From contig NC_042999.1 in NCBI RefSeq assembly GCF_006345805.1, positions 40,548,001-40,612,000 on the forward strand: DNA of 64,000 nt, read 5' to 3'. The notes beneath the pieces are model-generated. The model was not told where the DNA came from and searched no databases. It saw only the letters and a program-made list of their open reading frames with translations. Positions 39,815-53,700 of this stretch are shown here, one piece after another. Position 1 is the stretch's first letter. Every line of letters begins with the position of its first letter. The position numbers and the translations under genes are program-made. This stretch comes from Octopus sinensis (Eukaryota).

Positions 39815-40569
39815 AAGAAATGGTAGGTTGTAATAATTGTTGGATGTGAAGTAAATGAAGGAGGTAAGACGTTAAGTATTTGAAAATGGACTTAGAATCG
39901 ATGTTCCAAATATATCAGAGCGAAACAGAGGTATTGGTGAGGGAGATGCAAGGAAACCATAAGTTGTGAACAAGTTCAAAAAGGACAAAAATAAAAAAAA
40001 ATCACCATTATAAATCCATTTTAAAATTCTGAGAAAGCTTTATTGCAATAAAATAAATTCTTCTGTACATTTCTCTGTAGTATGTATTTGGCTGGCTGAG
40101 TGGCAAGGTGGGCTGGCTGAATGGATGGGTGGGCGTTCCCCTCTCTTAAAATAACAACTATCTGTAATGCACTGGGTTCGAATGAATTGATCATATTGTT
40201 TTCAATAAATGTTTGACCTTGCACGAACGTATGGATTATTTAGTATAGTAACGACAACAATAACGATTTCTTATATCATTAAATAATGATTTCAACAACA
40301 ATAACAATACAGATAGATATATGTCGTTGAATGTTTATCTAAAATTCCGATATAAACAATATTGAATCCGGCTTAGATCTGAATCAGTTCAAAGAAATAC
40401 AAGCTTATATATAGTTGGCTATGCTAATGAACTACTTTGACCTTTTCGTTTTCTAATGAAATTTTTTTGACCTCTTCTCAAAGGTTGCATGATGTGCAGA
40501 TGTATTTTATACCTTGTTTGTATCACATACTTCACCATCTGGTTGTTAGCCAGAGTGATATCAGTCTAA

Positions 40570-41000
40570 TCTTTCAAATTCCGCCGAGGTCGACTTTGCC
40601 TTTTATCCTTTCGGGGTCGATAAAATAAGTACTAGTCGAACACTAGGATCGATGCCATCAACTTACCCTCTCCTTCAAAGTTGCTGGCCTTGTGCTCAAA
40701 TTTGAAGCCAATATTAGTTCAATCTGCTTGGGCACGCAGTTAAATGAACATCACTAATATATCCCTTACGGTGACACCCTAGGGATACCTATTTCTTTAC
40801 TACCCACAAGGGGCTAAACACAGAGAGGACAAACAAGGACAGAAAAACGTATTGAGTCAATTATATCGACCCCAGTGGGTAACTGGTACTTATTTAATCA
40901 ACCCCGAAAGGATGAAAGGCAAAGTCGACCTCAGCGGAATTTGAACTCAGAACGTAGTGGCAGACGAAATACAGATAAGCACTTCGACGGCGTACTAACG
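40570..41000. mobile_element. Two family A SINE copies in opposite orientation (40570-40715 +, 40788-41000 -)
   Basis: TTTCAAATTCCGCCGAGGTCGACTTTGCC on + and GGCAAAGTCGACCTCAGCGGAATTTGAAC about 350 bp downstream. Confidence 0.85.
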
Positions 41001-41242
41001 TTTCTGCCAGCTCTCCGCCTTATACCCTAGTGATACCGTAGAGATGTTAGCACATACAAGACAATAATAGATCCTAATCGTATAGTTGAATATGAAAGTT
41101 ACAAAAGACGAGATATAGGTTGATAATCGGTTAAACTCGTAAGAAATTGCTACAAAATGTATCAAATAAATACATTTACTATCATAGAAAAAAACACCTG
41201 CGACTTGACAATAAAATTATATGTCCCCTGTCAATTATAGCC

Positions 41243-41750
41243 TTTCTCCGATCCAATTCCCAGCGTCTGTGTCTTATTTCGTCACTGATTCTGTTGAAGC
41301 TCGTTGTCGTCTTAATTGTGTCATTTCGGACTCTTTGCAGCCATTTGATGTCGAATGTTCTTCTTAAGCATATGAATTGGAAGCAGTCCATTGTTTTATC
41401 TTCCATTTTTGTCACTTTTCAGTTTTCACATCTGTAGACTAATGCAGGTCAGACCAATGTTTTGAACAATTTCAGCTTCATTTTGCAGCCAATAGCTTTG
41501 CCTCTCCATACCTCTGTTAGACAGTAAAATCCTCAGACAAGATCAAGAAAGTGACTGTACGGTGTCACTAAAGTGGTAGACTGAGGGGGGAAAAGCAGCA
41601 GGGCGCCCTAAAACCACATAGTGAAGGGCTAATGACAAAGGAGACGAGAGCGTGGAGAAACTGGAATGAGACGAGAAAAGTGACAGACTAGTTGGAGAGA
41701 TCGTGTTACGACGTCATGTGCCTCATTGTACGGAGAGAACTAAACAACAA
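41243..41750. mobile_element. Old RTE-clade LINE fragment with 5' inversion
   Basis: 41525-41247 (minus): LTEVWRGKAIGCKMKLKLFKTLV...DCFQFICLRR...EIRHRRW/NWIG. 41529-41730 (plus): ILRQDQESDCTVSLKW...GRPKTT. Short CAA-rich tail; 12-bp TSD TCAATTATAGCC at 41231-41242 and 41751-41762. Confidence 0.82.
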
Positions 41751-42049
41751 TCAATTATAGCCATTTTTCTTTTCAAGTAACGTAAGACAACGGTTGAGCT
41801 GTTATTTTTCTTAGCAATGATGAGATTATTTTAAAACATATAAGTTCGTAGACGATTATATTGCTGTTCATGGTTCTGGACGCCAATGCATCTAAGCGTC
41901 TAACAAATATCTTAAATAGAGAAACTACAGAACTCTGCCGAAAATACGTAGTCCAGAAAATCTAAATCACTCGAAAAGTTACTAGACTTTGAAGAAATAT
42001 TTTTCACTTGTTCTCCGTTTGAATTATTCTTGAAGGTAAATATATTGAT

Positions 42050-42068
42050 TAATAATGTTGTTGCTGTT

Positions 42069-42099
<31 letters not shown>

Positions 42100-42127
42100 T
42101 TGTTGCTGTTGTTGTTGTTGTTGTTGC

Positions 42128-42175
<48 letters not shown>

Positions 42176-42230
42176 CGTCGTCGTCGTCATTGTCGACGTC
42201 GGCGTCAGCGTCGTGTTTGTCATCGTCCTC
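42050..42230. repeat. (GTT)n/(GTC)n microsatellite
   Basis: Direct inspection. Confidence 0.95.
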
Positions 42231-42653
42231 GTCAATTAGATGCACGTCAGTTTTAACTGATTAGAATTATGATGAATGGCTTTATAGGTACGATAGATAG
42301 ATACATACACACATACATACACACACACACACACACATAGAATCATACATAGTCAGATATACAGATACACGGATACACTCGTAGATACATATAGATAGAA
42401 ACATATATGAGTATGACGGTATATGTGTGTGTGTGTTTATGTATATATATATATATATGTAAAAATACATATTCCTCTTTCTGTCAACCTAACTACATAT
42501 ACATATATGTGTGTGTGTGTGTGTGTTTGTTTGTGTGTGTGTGTGTGTGCTTCTTTGTATAAGAAGTTAAAGAAGGAAAATGCACACACTTTACCTAGTT
42601 CTAATATATTTTATATTGTTTGTCGCCCGGCTTCGCTTTCGCTTATCATGACA

Positions 42654-42694
<41 letters not shown>

Positions 42695-42965
42695 TGTGTG
42701 TGTGTTTGTATGTCTGTGTTTGTCCCCCCAACATCGCTTGACAACAGATGGTGTGTGTTCACGTTCCCGTAACTTAGCGGTTCAGCAAAAGGGACCGATA
42801 GAATAAGTACTAGGCTCACAAAGAATAAGTCCTGGCCTCGATGTTCCCGACTAAAGTGGATGCACCAGTATGGCCACAGTCAAATGACTGAAACAAGTAA
42901 AAAGAAAAAAGGAAAGAAAGAATATATATAAACACACACACAGACGAACAGACAGACTTAGGTAC

Positions 42966-43045
<80 letters not shown>

Positions 43046-43267
43046 CAACATGCAGTGCGGAATTTTGTCAGTGAACAGGTCGCAGTCTCAAAGCGACGGA
43101 AATATTTTGACAAATTCAATTTAAATGTTGAAGTGAATCTAACGGCTTTTTGTGTGTTTCTTAAATGGCTTATAAACACCTTTCACGCTGCAATTGTTTT
43201 CGTTCCAGCACACGATCTCAGATCAGGTCCCCTGCTATGCAAGTACATCTCCGAAATTTATATATGC

Positions 43268-43359
<92 letters not shown>

Positions 43360-43978
43360 TTATATGTGTGTGTGTGTATTTGAGAATGTGTGTGCTTGTA
43401 TTATCACGTTTTTGTGTATTCACACATTTTGTCGATTAAGCCTTTTGTGCGTGTGAAAGCGTGGATGAATTGAGCGCCATTTTTTTTCCTGGCATATTAC
43501 TGTCTAATCAACATAATCAATACATCGTAATTTTTTTCTTAGTAATAAGTAAATATATAAAGTTTGTATATACAATATTTCTTTTAGAGACTAGTTATCA
43601 ATCATCAAACATTATTAACTCTCAGCTTTAATCACTTCTGTTTATGTTAAATGTGCGATAAGACGTTATGTTGTTTTTAACGTAATGTTTTCGTTATTTT
43701 TTCATCTTATTTCTTCTAGATAAGGAAGAAATACACAAATACATGTCTAAATTCGTAAATATAATGTTTAAACACATAAATTGATAAAGCTTCACTTATA
43801 ATTCTTCTTTATCTCTTAAAAGAAGTTGTATGAATGTGAGTGAGTATGTATATACGTAGGTATATCAGCATAGGTTGTCGGTGTGTGTGTGTGTGTGTGC
43901 ATGTGTGTGCCTGTGCTAACACATACATATGCATATAAGTTGTATGTGTTCGATACAAGTGACTGTTGTATCCGTATG

Positions 43979-44029
<51 letters not shown>

Positions 44030-44762
44030 ATATGTATATATGTATGTCTGTATATATGTATTATGTATGTATGTATACATGTGTGTGTGCATGTGCGTGC
44101 ATACATATATAAATATGCATATATATATATGTATACATTTATGTACATATATATTTATACATATATACGTGCATATATCTATGTGTATAACATATAAGTA
44201 TTTATATATATATTTATATATATATATATACACACACACATCTGAGCGAGCACACACACACATATTACATATATACACGCAAATGTGCACACGCACGCAC
44301 ACACACACACGCGCACAGACACACACACACAGTTACATACATGCACGTAGTGGTCTTTTTAATTGAGGAGTTATACAAATGTCTACGAACGCAAATTGAT
44401 AAAACTTTAATAACTTTGCCTTGTTATCTCTTCACATATGTAAGTATGTTTGTGTGTGTATGTGTGTATGCCTGTATATATAAATGAATGTATGTATTAA
44501 TGATGGCACATATGTGATCATACATATGTGTATACTTACCTGTGTGTGTGTGAGTGTGTGCGTGTGTGTATTTATATGATTGTCCGTTGAATACATTTTC
44601 CTTGTAGATACTGACAGGGTTTTCCTTGAGTCGCATCTTAATCAGTCGCATTATTAATGAATCAGTTGCATTAACATTAAAATACAACCTAATTTTATTA
44701 ATTGTATTCTTAATCGTTTACATATGAACACAAATATATATGTACACCGGTATACACTCACA

Positions 44763-45245
44763 AAAGGCGGCGAGCTGGCAGAAACGGTAACACGCCGGAC
44801 GAAATGCGTAGCCGTATTTCGTCTGCCGTTACGTTCTGATTTCAAATTACGCCGAGGTCGACTTTGCCCTTCATCCTTTCGGCGTCGATAAATTAAGTAC
44901 CAGTTACTCACTAGGGTCGATATAATCGGCTTAATCCCTTTGTCTGTCCTTGTTTTTCTCCTCTGTATTTAGCCCCTTGTGGGTAGTAAAGAAATAGGTA
45001 TTTCGTCTTCCGTTACGTTCTGAGTTCAAATTTCGCCGAGGTCGACTTTGCCTCTCATCCTCTCGGGGTCGATTAAATAAGCACCAGTTACGCACTGGGG
45101 TCAATATTATCGACTTAATCCCTTTGTCTGCCCTTGTTTGTCCTCTCTGTGTTTAGCCCCTTGTGGGTAGTAAATAAATAGTTATTTCGCCTGCCGTTAC
45201 GTTCTGAGTTCTAATTCCGCCAAGGTCAACTTTGCCTTTCATCCT
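44763..45245 (+). mobile_element. Family A SINE trimer (head, two units, partial unit)
   Basis: AAAGGCGGCGAGCTGGCAGAAACGGTAAC head; units restart at TATTTCG near 44816, 44999 and 45183. Confidence 0.9.
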
Positions 45246-45495
45246 TAAACTTGTAATTATTTTATTCATTAAACTGCAGCAATGCACAACTAGAATTTTT
45301 GTTTAGTCGAAAGAACCGATCCCTGTTTGTTTTTTTGTTAAGCTTGGTAATTATTCTATCAGTACCCTTTTGCTGAACCGCTAAATTTTGGAGACGTAAA
45401 CACACCAGAACCAGCTCTCAAGAGGTACTAGGGGACAGACACAGACGCAAAGACACATACACAAGCACCCATATCTATCTGTTCATCTATTTATT

Positions 45496-45544
<49 letters not shown>

Positions 45545-45550
45545 ATATAT

Positions 45551-47837
45551 ATATTTTTTTCTCTAGCATTGATACGACTCTTAATCTGTCTCTTTTTCTC
45601 TCTCTCTCTCCTCCTTATTCCCTTCTTCCTTTCTTTCCCTCTCCATCCTCGCCCCCCCTTCTACGTTTCTCTATCTCTCTCACCTCCAGCCCCCTCGATC
45701 TGTCTCTTTCTTCTCCTCCCTCGTCCACCTTCTCTCTCTTTTCATCTGTCCCTTTCTCCGTCTTTTGTTCTCACGTGACAGCTAGCCGCTGTTGAGCGCT
45801 CTTTTCGTTTTCAGCAGCGCGCAGAAGCAACACGTATTTGTTCGTCTCCCCGTGGCCATTAGGCACAACTTCACAAGCCAGCCCCATACTCAACTCGTCC
45901 TGTCGAAAGACCCTTGTCCTACGTCCTGGTTTTGTTTTGTTGTTTATTTTTATTTTTATTTTTACCGTTATTGTTTTTACGTTTTTGTATTGGTTTTTGG
46001 TGTCACGTATTCTGTATTTTTGTTTATGTACTTCGTTCGTTTTCCGTCCTCGCGTTGTATACATTCGAAGCTTTCTTCCAGGGGATCTAATGCGCTTGGC
46101 TTAGATTTCCCTTGGCGGGCTGGCCATATCGGAGCAATCTCAAGATTAATCAGCGAAATTGCTAAGATGATCTGGTTCTTGACTGATGACTGAGGGCTTC
46201 GAATGTCCCGTCCTGTGGTTTTGTGTCGTCTCTGTGGTGTTTCATGGTTCTTGTCCATGTCTGTAATTATTTTTACTGTTTACCTATATAATCGGCGGCT
46301 ACGTATCCACAATTGTCCTTATACGATAAGTATATTTTTTTCTCTAGCATTGATACGACTCTTAATCTGTCTCTTTTTCTCTCTCTCTCTCCTCCCTTAT
46401 TCCCCTTCCTTTCTTTCCCTCTTCCATCCGTCTCCCCCCTTCTACGTTTCTCTATCTCTCTCACCTCCAGCCCCCTCGATCTGTCTCTCCCCCTCTCCTC
46501 CTCGTCCCCTTCTCTCTTTTCATCTGTCCCTTTCTCCTGTCTTTTGTTCTCACGTGACAGCTAGCCGCTGTTGAGCGCTCTTTTCGTTTTCAGCAGCCGC
46601 AGAAGCAACACGTATTTGTTCGTCTCCCCGTGGCCATTAGGCACAACTTCACAAGCCAGCCCCATACTCAACTCGTCCTGTCGAAAGACCCTTGTCCTAC
46701 GTCCTGGTTTTGTTTTGTTGTTTATTTTTATTTTTATTTTTACCGTTATTGTTTTTACGTTTTTGTATTCTTATTGGTGTCACGTATTCTGTATTTTTGT
46801 TTATGTACTTCGTTCGTTTTCCGTCCTCGCGTTGTATACATTCGAAGCTTTCTTCCAGGGGATCTAATGCGCTTTGCTTAGATTTCCCTGGCGGGCTGGC
46901 CATATCGGAGCAATCTCAAGATTAATCAGCCGAAATTGCTAAGATGATCTGGTTCTTGACTGATGACTGAGGGCTTCGAATGTCCCGTCCTGTGGTTCTT
47001 GTGTCGTCTCTGTGGTGTTTCATGTTCTTGTCCATGTCTGTAATTATTTTTACTGTTTACCTATATATCGGCGGCTACGTATCCACAATTGTCCTTATAC
47101 GATAAGTATATTTTTTTCTCTAGCATTGATACGACTCTTAATCTGTCTCTTTTTCTCTCTCTCTCTCCTCCCTATTCCCCTTCTTTCTTTCCCTCTCCAT
47201 CCGTCTCCCCCCCCTTCTACGTTTCTCTATCTCTCTCACCTCCAGCCCCCTCGATCTGTCTCTTTCTTCTCCTCCCTCGTCCACCTTCTTTCTCTTTTCA
47301 TCTGTCCCTTTCTCCTGTCTTTTGTTCTCACGTGACAGCTAGCCGCTGTTGAGCGCTCTTTCGTTTTCAGCAGCCGCAGCAGAAGCAACACGTATTTGTT
47401 CGTCTCCCCGTGGCCATTAGGCACAACTTCACAAGCCAGCCCCATACTCAACTCGTCCTGTCGAAAGACCCTTGTCCTACGTCCTGGTTTTGTTTTGTTG
47501 TTTTTTTTATTTTTATTTTTACCGTTATTGTTTTTACGTTTTTGTATTCTTATTGGTGTCACGTATTCTGTATTTTTGTTTATGTACTTCGTTCGTTTTC
47601 CGTCCTCGCGTTGTATACATTCGAAGCTTTCTTCCAGGGGATCTAATGCGCTTGGCTTAGATTTCCCTTGGCGGCTGGCCATATCGGAGCAATCTCAAGA
47701 TTAATCAGCCGAAATTGCTAAGATGATCTGGTTCTTGACTGATGACTGAGGGCTTCGAATGTCCCGTCCTGTGGTTCTGTGTCGTCTTTGTGGTGTTTCA
47801 TGTTCTTGTCCATGTCTGTAATTATTTTTACTGTTTA

Positions 47838-47843
<6 letters not shown>
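45551..47843. repeat. Three tandem copies of a ~780-bp unit
   Basis: AGCATTGATACGACTC recurs at 45565, 46346 and 47122 (periods 781 and 776). Copies differ mostly by small indels. Both array ends abut TA/CT microsatellites. Confidence 0.95.
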
Positions 47844-47875
<32 letters not shown>

Positions 47876-48570
47876 CATACACACATGCGCATACATACAC
47901 GTATATATATGTATGTATGGATTTATATATATCAAACTAAAATTATTGTTCAACAATTTTAGTTTGATATCTTTGTCTCTTTCAATAGAGCACTTCTATA
48001 GCAGCCCTATTAATCTTTTTGTTCCTGACAAGAAACAATCACTGTATTATTGATATTGATTGCATTTATATATATATATATAACCAAGACATTTGAAATT
48101 TTATTCCCGATGTAATCAGTAAGACTAAGCACGTGTCTGTCTTGACACAGAGAGCTGGGGTTAGTCTTGCAGTTTGCATCTCGAGGACCGAATGTACTGA
48201 AGAAGTCACGTACACTTGAATTATGCAAGTAATTCTTTTGTTAAGACCGAAACCGAGGTATGCATTTAAGTCTGCTTTTTATTTAATTTTTCATATGTCC
48301 TGCCCGCCAAATTTGGTTCTGGTGTTCGCTGAATTCTTCCTCTAGAGAATTTCCCTTGTAGTTTGATCGTTGATGATCTTTTTCTAGCATTCTGGCCGGC
48401 TACCTAGCAGGCCAGCCCTGCCAATATACACATATATTTGAATTTTCTCTGACTCCTCAGATTTTTTGAATGCTGGACTACTGGTTTTAAATTGATATTA
48501 AAATTAATATTAATTTATCTCCCTCAATTTTTAGATATTTAAATATATATATATATATTATATATATATA

Positions 48571-48657
<87 letters not shown>

Positions 48658-48696
48658 CACATGCATATACACACACACATATATATGTATGTATGC

Positions 48697-48754
<58 letters not shown>

Positions 48755-48786
48755 TATATATATAATATATATTTATACATATATAT

Positions 48787-49660
48787 CAGGGTGTTGCAAG
48801 GTCAATGGCTGATTTTAAGGTCTCTTTTAAAAATGAAAAGGCCCATGATTAAGACACTATTTATACGTTAACATGACTTCCATTGCTTTCTAGAACACTC
48901 ATTCCATCTGTCAACAAGCTTATAGATGCCACGCTTGTAAAATTGTTCAGGTTTTGATACGAAATATGAATCCAACTCACTTTCAAACTCTTCTCTTGAT
49001 GTCAAATTAAGACCATTCAAACGGTTCTACAATTCCCGAAACAAGTGATAACCAGAAAGAGCAAGGTCTGGAGTTGATGGCAGCAGAGATTAACAGTAAC
49101 TGTTTGATTATTGTCAAACAGTTCGAAATGGACAATACCTTCAATGTCCCACCATACACTGACTATGATCTTCCTTGGATGAAGTCCAGGTTTTCTTCCC
49201 CAACTGATCCACTATCGGCGGCGTTTGTTGTTATGATAAATTATCCACTTCTCATCACCTATAACAAGCCTTTCTAAATACAGACTCTTAAGATATCGTG
49301 AAAGCAGTGACTGGCAACAGACAACACGCTGTTGCTAATAATATGCAGACAATTCGTGCGGGACCCATTTTCCAATCGCTGAAACCTTTCCAATCTTTTC
49401 AATTGGCGTAGAACCGTTGTATGGGCTATGCTCAACCGTTCTGCAAGTTATCTACAAGTAGCGGTTGGATTTTCTGCGACAACGGCTTCCAGCTTTGCAA
49501 AATCAAGTTGTTTTGAACGAACTTATTTTGGCTCATCTTTCAAACTCAAATCCCCACTTCTGAAGCGAGAAAACCATCTACTGAAACTTCTTTCGTTCAC
49601 TACATCTCTGAAGAGACTTTGCTGCTGAGCTTGCATTAACACCTTTATAAAACTCATAGA
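48787..49660 (-). pseudogene. Decayed mariner (Tc1/mariner) transposon with internal deletion
   Basis: Minus-strand translation gives RWFSRFRSGDLSLKDEP, GKWVPHEL, RLVIGDEKWIIY, VWWDIEGIVHFE, PDLALSGYHLFR and FYKRGIYKLVDRW, with stops and frameshifts. Confidence 0.9.
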
Positions 49661-49884
49661 GTAAGACATGTCCAATGTGATCGTTTGATGGGACGAACAT
49701 GGGTGCGAATATAGCAGATTATGGCCAATCCAGTCAGAATCTGAAACAAAAAAATGTATAAATTACTCATTGTGACATTCTTAAAATATTGCATGAGGCA
49801 CAATTTTAAAAAATACTATCTAAAATTTAAAAATATTAAATTTCTAAATGTCTCAAAGAGACATGAGCCGTGGTGGAGCGATAG

Positions 49885-50140
49885 AGTAGTTGTATACTGT
49901 CAACATAACGTGACAGTCCCGTATGGGAATTACACCACCGCTGTTTAGCCCTAGGAAGCATCGATGCTTCCTGTCGGCTTTGACACATTTCCTGTGTCTT
50001 TATATTTGTGAAAGGGAGGCAAGCACCCCCACCAGCCAAGATTCACACCTGAAGACATACATGATGCTTCCTAGGGCTAAACAGCGGTGGTGTAATTCCC
50101 ATACGGAACTGTCACGTTATGCTGACAGTATATAACCACT
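49885..50140. mobile_element. MITE-like element with 78-bp terminal inverted repeats
   Basis: 49885-49962 and 50063-50140 are reverse complements with 4 mismatches; 100-bp non-coding interior. Confidence 0.85.
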
Positions 50141-50274
50141 TTATCTAAAATTGTTTTCTAAAAAATTGGTCATTACGTTTGAACCAATATATATATATAT
50201 ATGACAGAGAGAGAGAGAATAGTTTAGATAGATCTGTTGATATATATATTTATATTTGTTTATACAGGCGTGTA

Positions 50275-50468
50275 TGTATGATGCATGCATGTATGTATGT
50301 ATGTATGTATGTATGTATGTATGTATGTATGTATGTATGTTTATATGTATGTATGTATATATGTATGTATGTTTGTATGTATGTATGATGCATGTATGTA
50401 TGTATGTATGCATGTATGTATGTATGTATGTATGTATGTATGTATGTATGTATGTATGTATGTATGTA
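50275..50468. repeat. (TATG)n array (also 56270-56403 as (CATA)n)
   Basis: Direct inspection. Confidence 0.95.
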
Positions 50469-51439
50469 TGGTGTCTATTATCACCGTATTTACTATAACT
50501 ATCGTTTGCACTATTTGCTCAAGATCCATTTGCTCGAAAATGACAGATGCATACCATAGATCTCTTGCAATAAATAATATGAATAATACTCACACTATAA
50601 TACAGTAAGTACTGAACTACAACCATTAAACTAGGTACGCACTTGATAGAAGAATATAGTTGCATGGTTACCCGGTGCACCGCGTTGCATTCTCCTTGTT
50701 GTACACATTTCCTTACTTCATGAACGAAGAATCTACATGAAGCAAGTTATTTTATTGTAACTAAAGTACACCGCAACTAAAGAACACCATTGTTATTTAC
50801 CCATTGTTATAAACTTAAATTTTTCAAGTCTAAAGTAAATCCACTCAGGTCCTCTTCATTTTTCCTTCATCATATAGTCCCTTAAACTAAAGCTTCTCGA
50901 CGTGTTTGGAACTCACTAAAAAACACGTCGCCCGAGGTGTTAGAAATAGCAACCATTCCCTTTAAACCACATTCTAACATCTCAGAAATAAGAATAATTA
51001 GGTGTTGTTAGCATAGACATTTTGTAGCTGACAATAAAATAAGAATGCTTTATAGCATACGTCTGATGAAAGCCAATTTTGTAGTTACTAACAACTAGAA
51101 ATTTCTTTATTCCATTTATTTTTCTTGACACTTTCTGGAACGTGCGCAATGTAAGTTTGTATCGAAAATTTCTTTGAAATTCAAATTCAGAAAATATATG
51201 AAAGTAAATAATTGATTTAAAACTAAGAACAAAACAACTCCCAAATTGTAAAATAATTCATTTTATTTATAATTTTTTACAAGTTTCAGAAAGAAACCAC
51301 AGTCGTTTATTGAATCAATGTGGCTTAATTGAATTGCTCTTTCAAAATTATAGTTTGCGGATAATAAATATGTGCGCATATTTGTGTTTGCATGCGTGTG
51401 GTGGATGCCTAAATGAGAGAGACTGTGCATGTGTAAGAC

Positions 51440-51505
<66 letters not shown>

Positions 51506-51674
51506 ACAGAGAGAGAGAGACTGTATATGTTTGTATAAGTGTGCTGTATTACTGCGCGTACATGTTGGCCTGTGTTGCTGCGTATACATACATGTAGACA
51601 GAAAAAACAGACAGGCAACTGACACACACGCGCGCACAAAAGCACAAACACGGATCCACATAAATGCACAAAAT

Positions 51675-51705
<31 letters not shown>

Positions 51706-51731
51706 TATATATGTATATGTGTATATGTATG

Positions 51732-51765
<34 letters not shown>

Positions 51766-51831
51766 CATATATGCCCGCTCTCTTTTATATATACATGCAT
51801 GTGCGTGCATATATAATATATATATATATAT

Positions 51832-51881
<50 letters not shown>

Positions 51882-51921
51882 TATATATATATATATTATA
51901 TATATATATACATATATATAT

Positions 51922-51973
<52 letters not shown>

Positions 51974-52075
51974 GTATATATATATAATATATATATATAC
52001 ATATATATATGTGTGTGTGTGTATATACATATGTATATATATGCATATATATATGTGTGTATATATATATATATA

Positions 52076-52106
<31 letters not shown>

Positions 52107-52846
52107 TCATTAACTCTCTTTTATAAATTCGCATGAAATAAGAAAGATGTCTCCGTAAAATTAGTTCAATCACTGGATGCAAACACATACCTGATGTAAA
52201 GATATACACGCACATTACTAACTGTCTAATGACGCTGGGCAAAGGCAGAATAATATTTTCCTTCTTTGACACTAAATTTAATGTCTTCTGAAGCAATTCA
52301 TAGCATTTGCTTTTAATATGATTGCACGTTAATATATGATTTGACAACGGAAAAATAACGTGATTGTACCTGTCTAACATCAAAACATAGCCATTTACTG
52401 AAAATATTCACTGAATTTCATGCATTAAATCTGCTGAATAGAGAATCATTTACTGTCTACATATAATAATTAATATTTATAGTTTTTGTCTGTTAGGTAT
52501 TACGTCCGCTGATTGCATAAATATTTCGTCCTTCTCATACATCTGTCTACACACGTCACATATAAAAATATATATAGGTACACAAACGGATATATGTATG
52601 TATGTAAGTATGCATGTATGTATGCTCGTGATATTATGCATATATACAGATGTACATACATACATGCATATACAAGCATGTGTATGTATATGTATATATA
52701 TATAATTATTATGTATATATATAGGTATATATTTATACATATATACATAAACACACACATACATATATCTGTATATATATATACAGACAGAGAGTGGTTG
52801 GTGGAGTGGGAAAGAACGATTTTAAGAATATACACAGATGTATGCG

Positions 52847-52903
<57 letters not shown>

Positions 52904-52920
52904 GTATGTATATATATATA

Positions 52921-52967
<47 letters not shown>

Positions 52968-53087
52968 CATACGTATACATATAAATATATGCATATATGT
53001 ATACATATATATATCTACATAAATACATACATATATAAATACATATATATGTATACGTGTGTGTATGTATATATATATATATATTTT

Positions 53088-53146
<59 letters not shown>

Positions 53147-53700
53147 TGTATCAGTGTATATTCTGAAAATCGTTCTCTTTCACTTCACCAACCTCCCTCT
53201 GTCTCTCTCATTTATATAAAGAATACATGGCTTTGCTTATGCTTAAACGCATGCATATATCTATCCCTAAAACTGCATGACTATGTGTATTTGTGCCTCC
53301 GTAACTTTACAATGATTTCAAGATTCGTTGATGAGTACCATGCAAATGCGTAGAAGTGTAATCATGAAAAAATGGTGAGAGAAATTCATTCACTTTATTA
53401 CTTTGTTACTAAGACAGCCGAATTATGGAAAATATAATGCGACAATGCGTAAATTTGTGGAAATATATGTTATAAACTATAGTTTATTATATACAGTTAT
53501 GGTGGATTTACAATTTTGGATTTTGCATCAACAACAGCAAAAAAAAAAAAATAAAACACAAACGTTAACATTGGAAAGAACACAATTGTGACTAAATTGG
53601 TTTACGTAAACTCACAGCAGCTAAAGTGAAAACGTAGTTTAGAAAGCATCGTGTCTGTCATTCATTAACACATTCCTTTCCCCAGTTCTTTTGTAAGCAG

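Noticed and set aside
43055-43115. Hammerhead-like arrangement TTTGTCA...GTCGC-loop-GCGAC-GGAAA...TGACAAA
   Set aside because: No CUGANGA-like core and no clear UH triplet; at best a decayed motif.
48140-48240. CTGAAGA followed by short stems near 48197
   Set aside because: GAAT instead of GAAA and no stem I pairing; a 7-mer of this kind is expected by chance in 64 kb.
51409-52383. Long ORFs such as 324 aa (-) and 235 aa (+), and the many YI/CV/HT/LS-rich ORFs across the window
   Set aside because: They are translations of (TA)n/(TG)n/(GATA)n microsatellites, which lack stops in some frames. The non-repetitive 52110-52383 part has a CAG|GTATGT donor but no recognisable homology.
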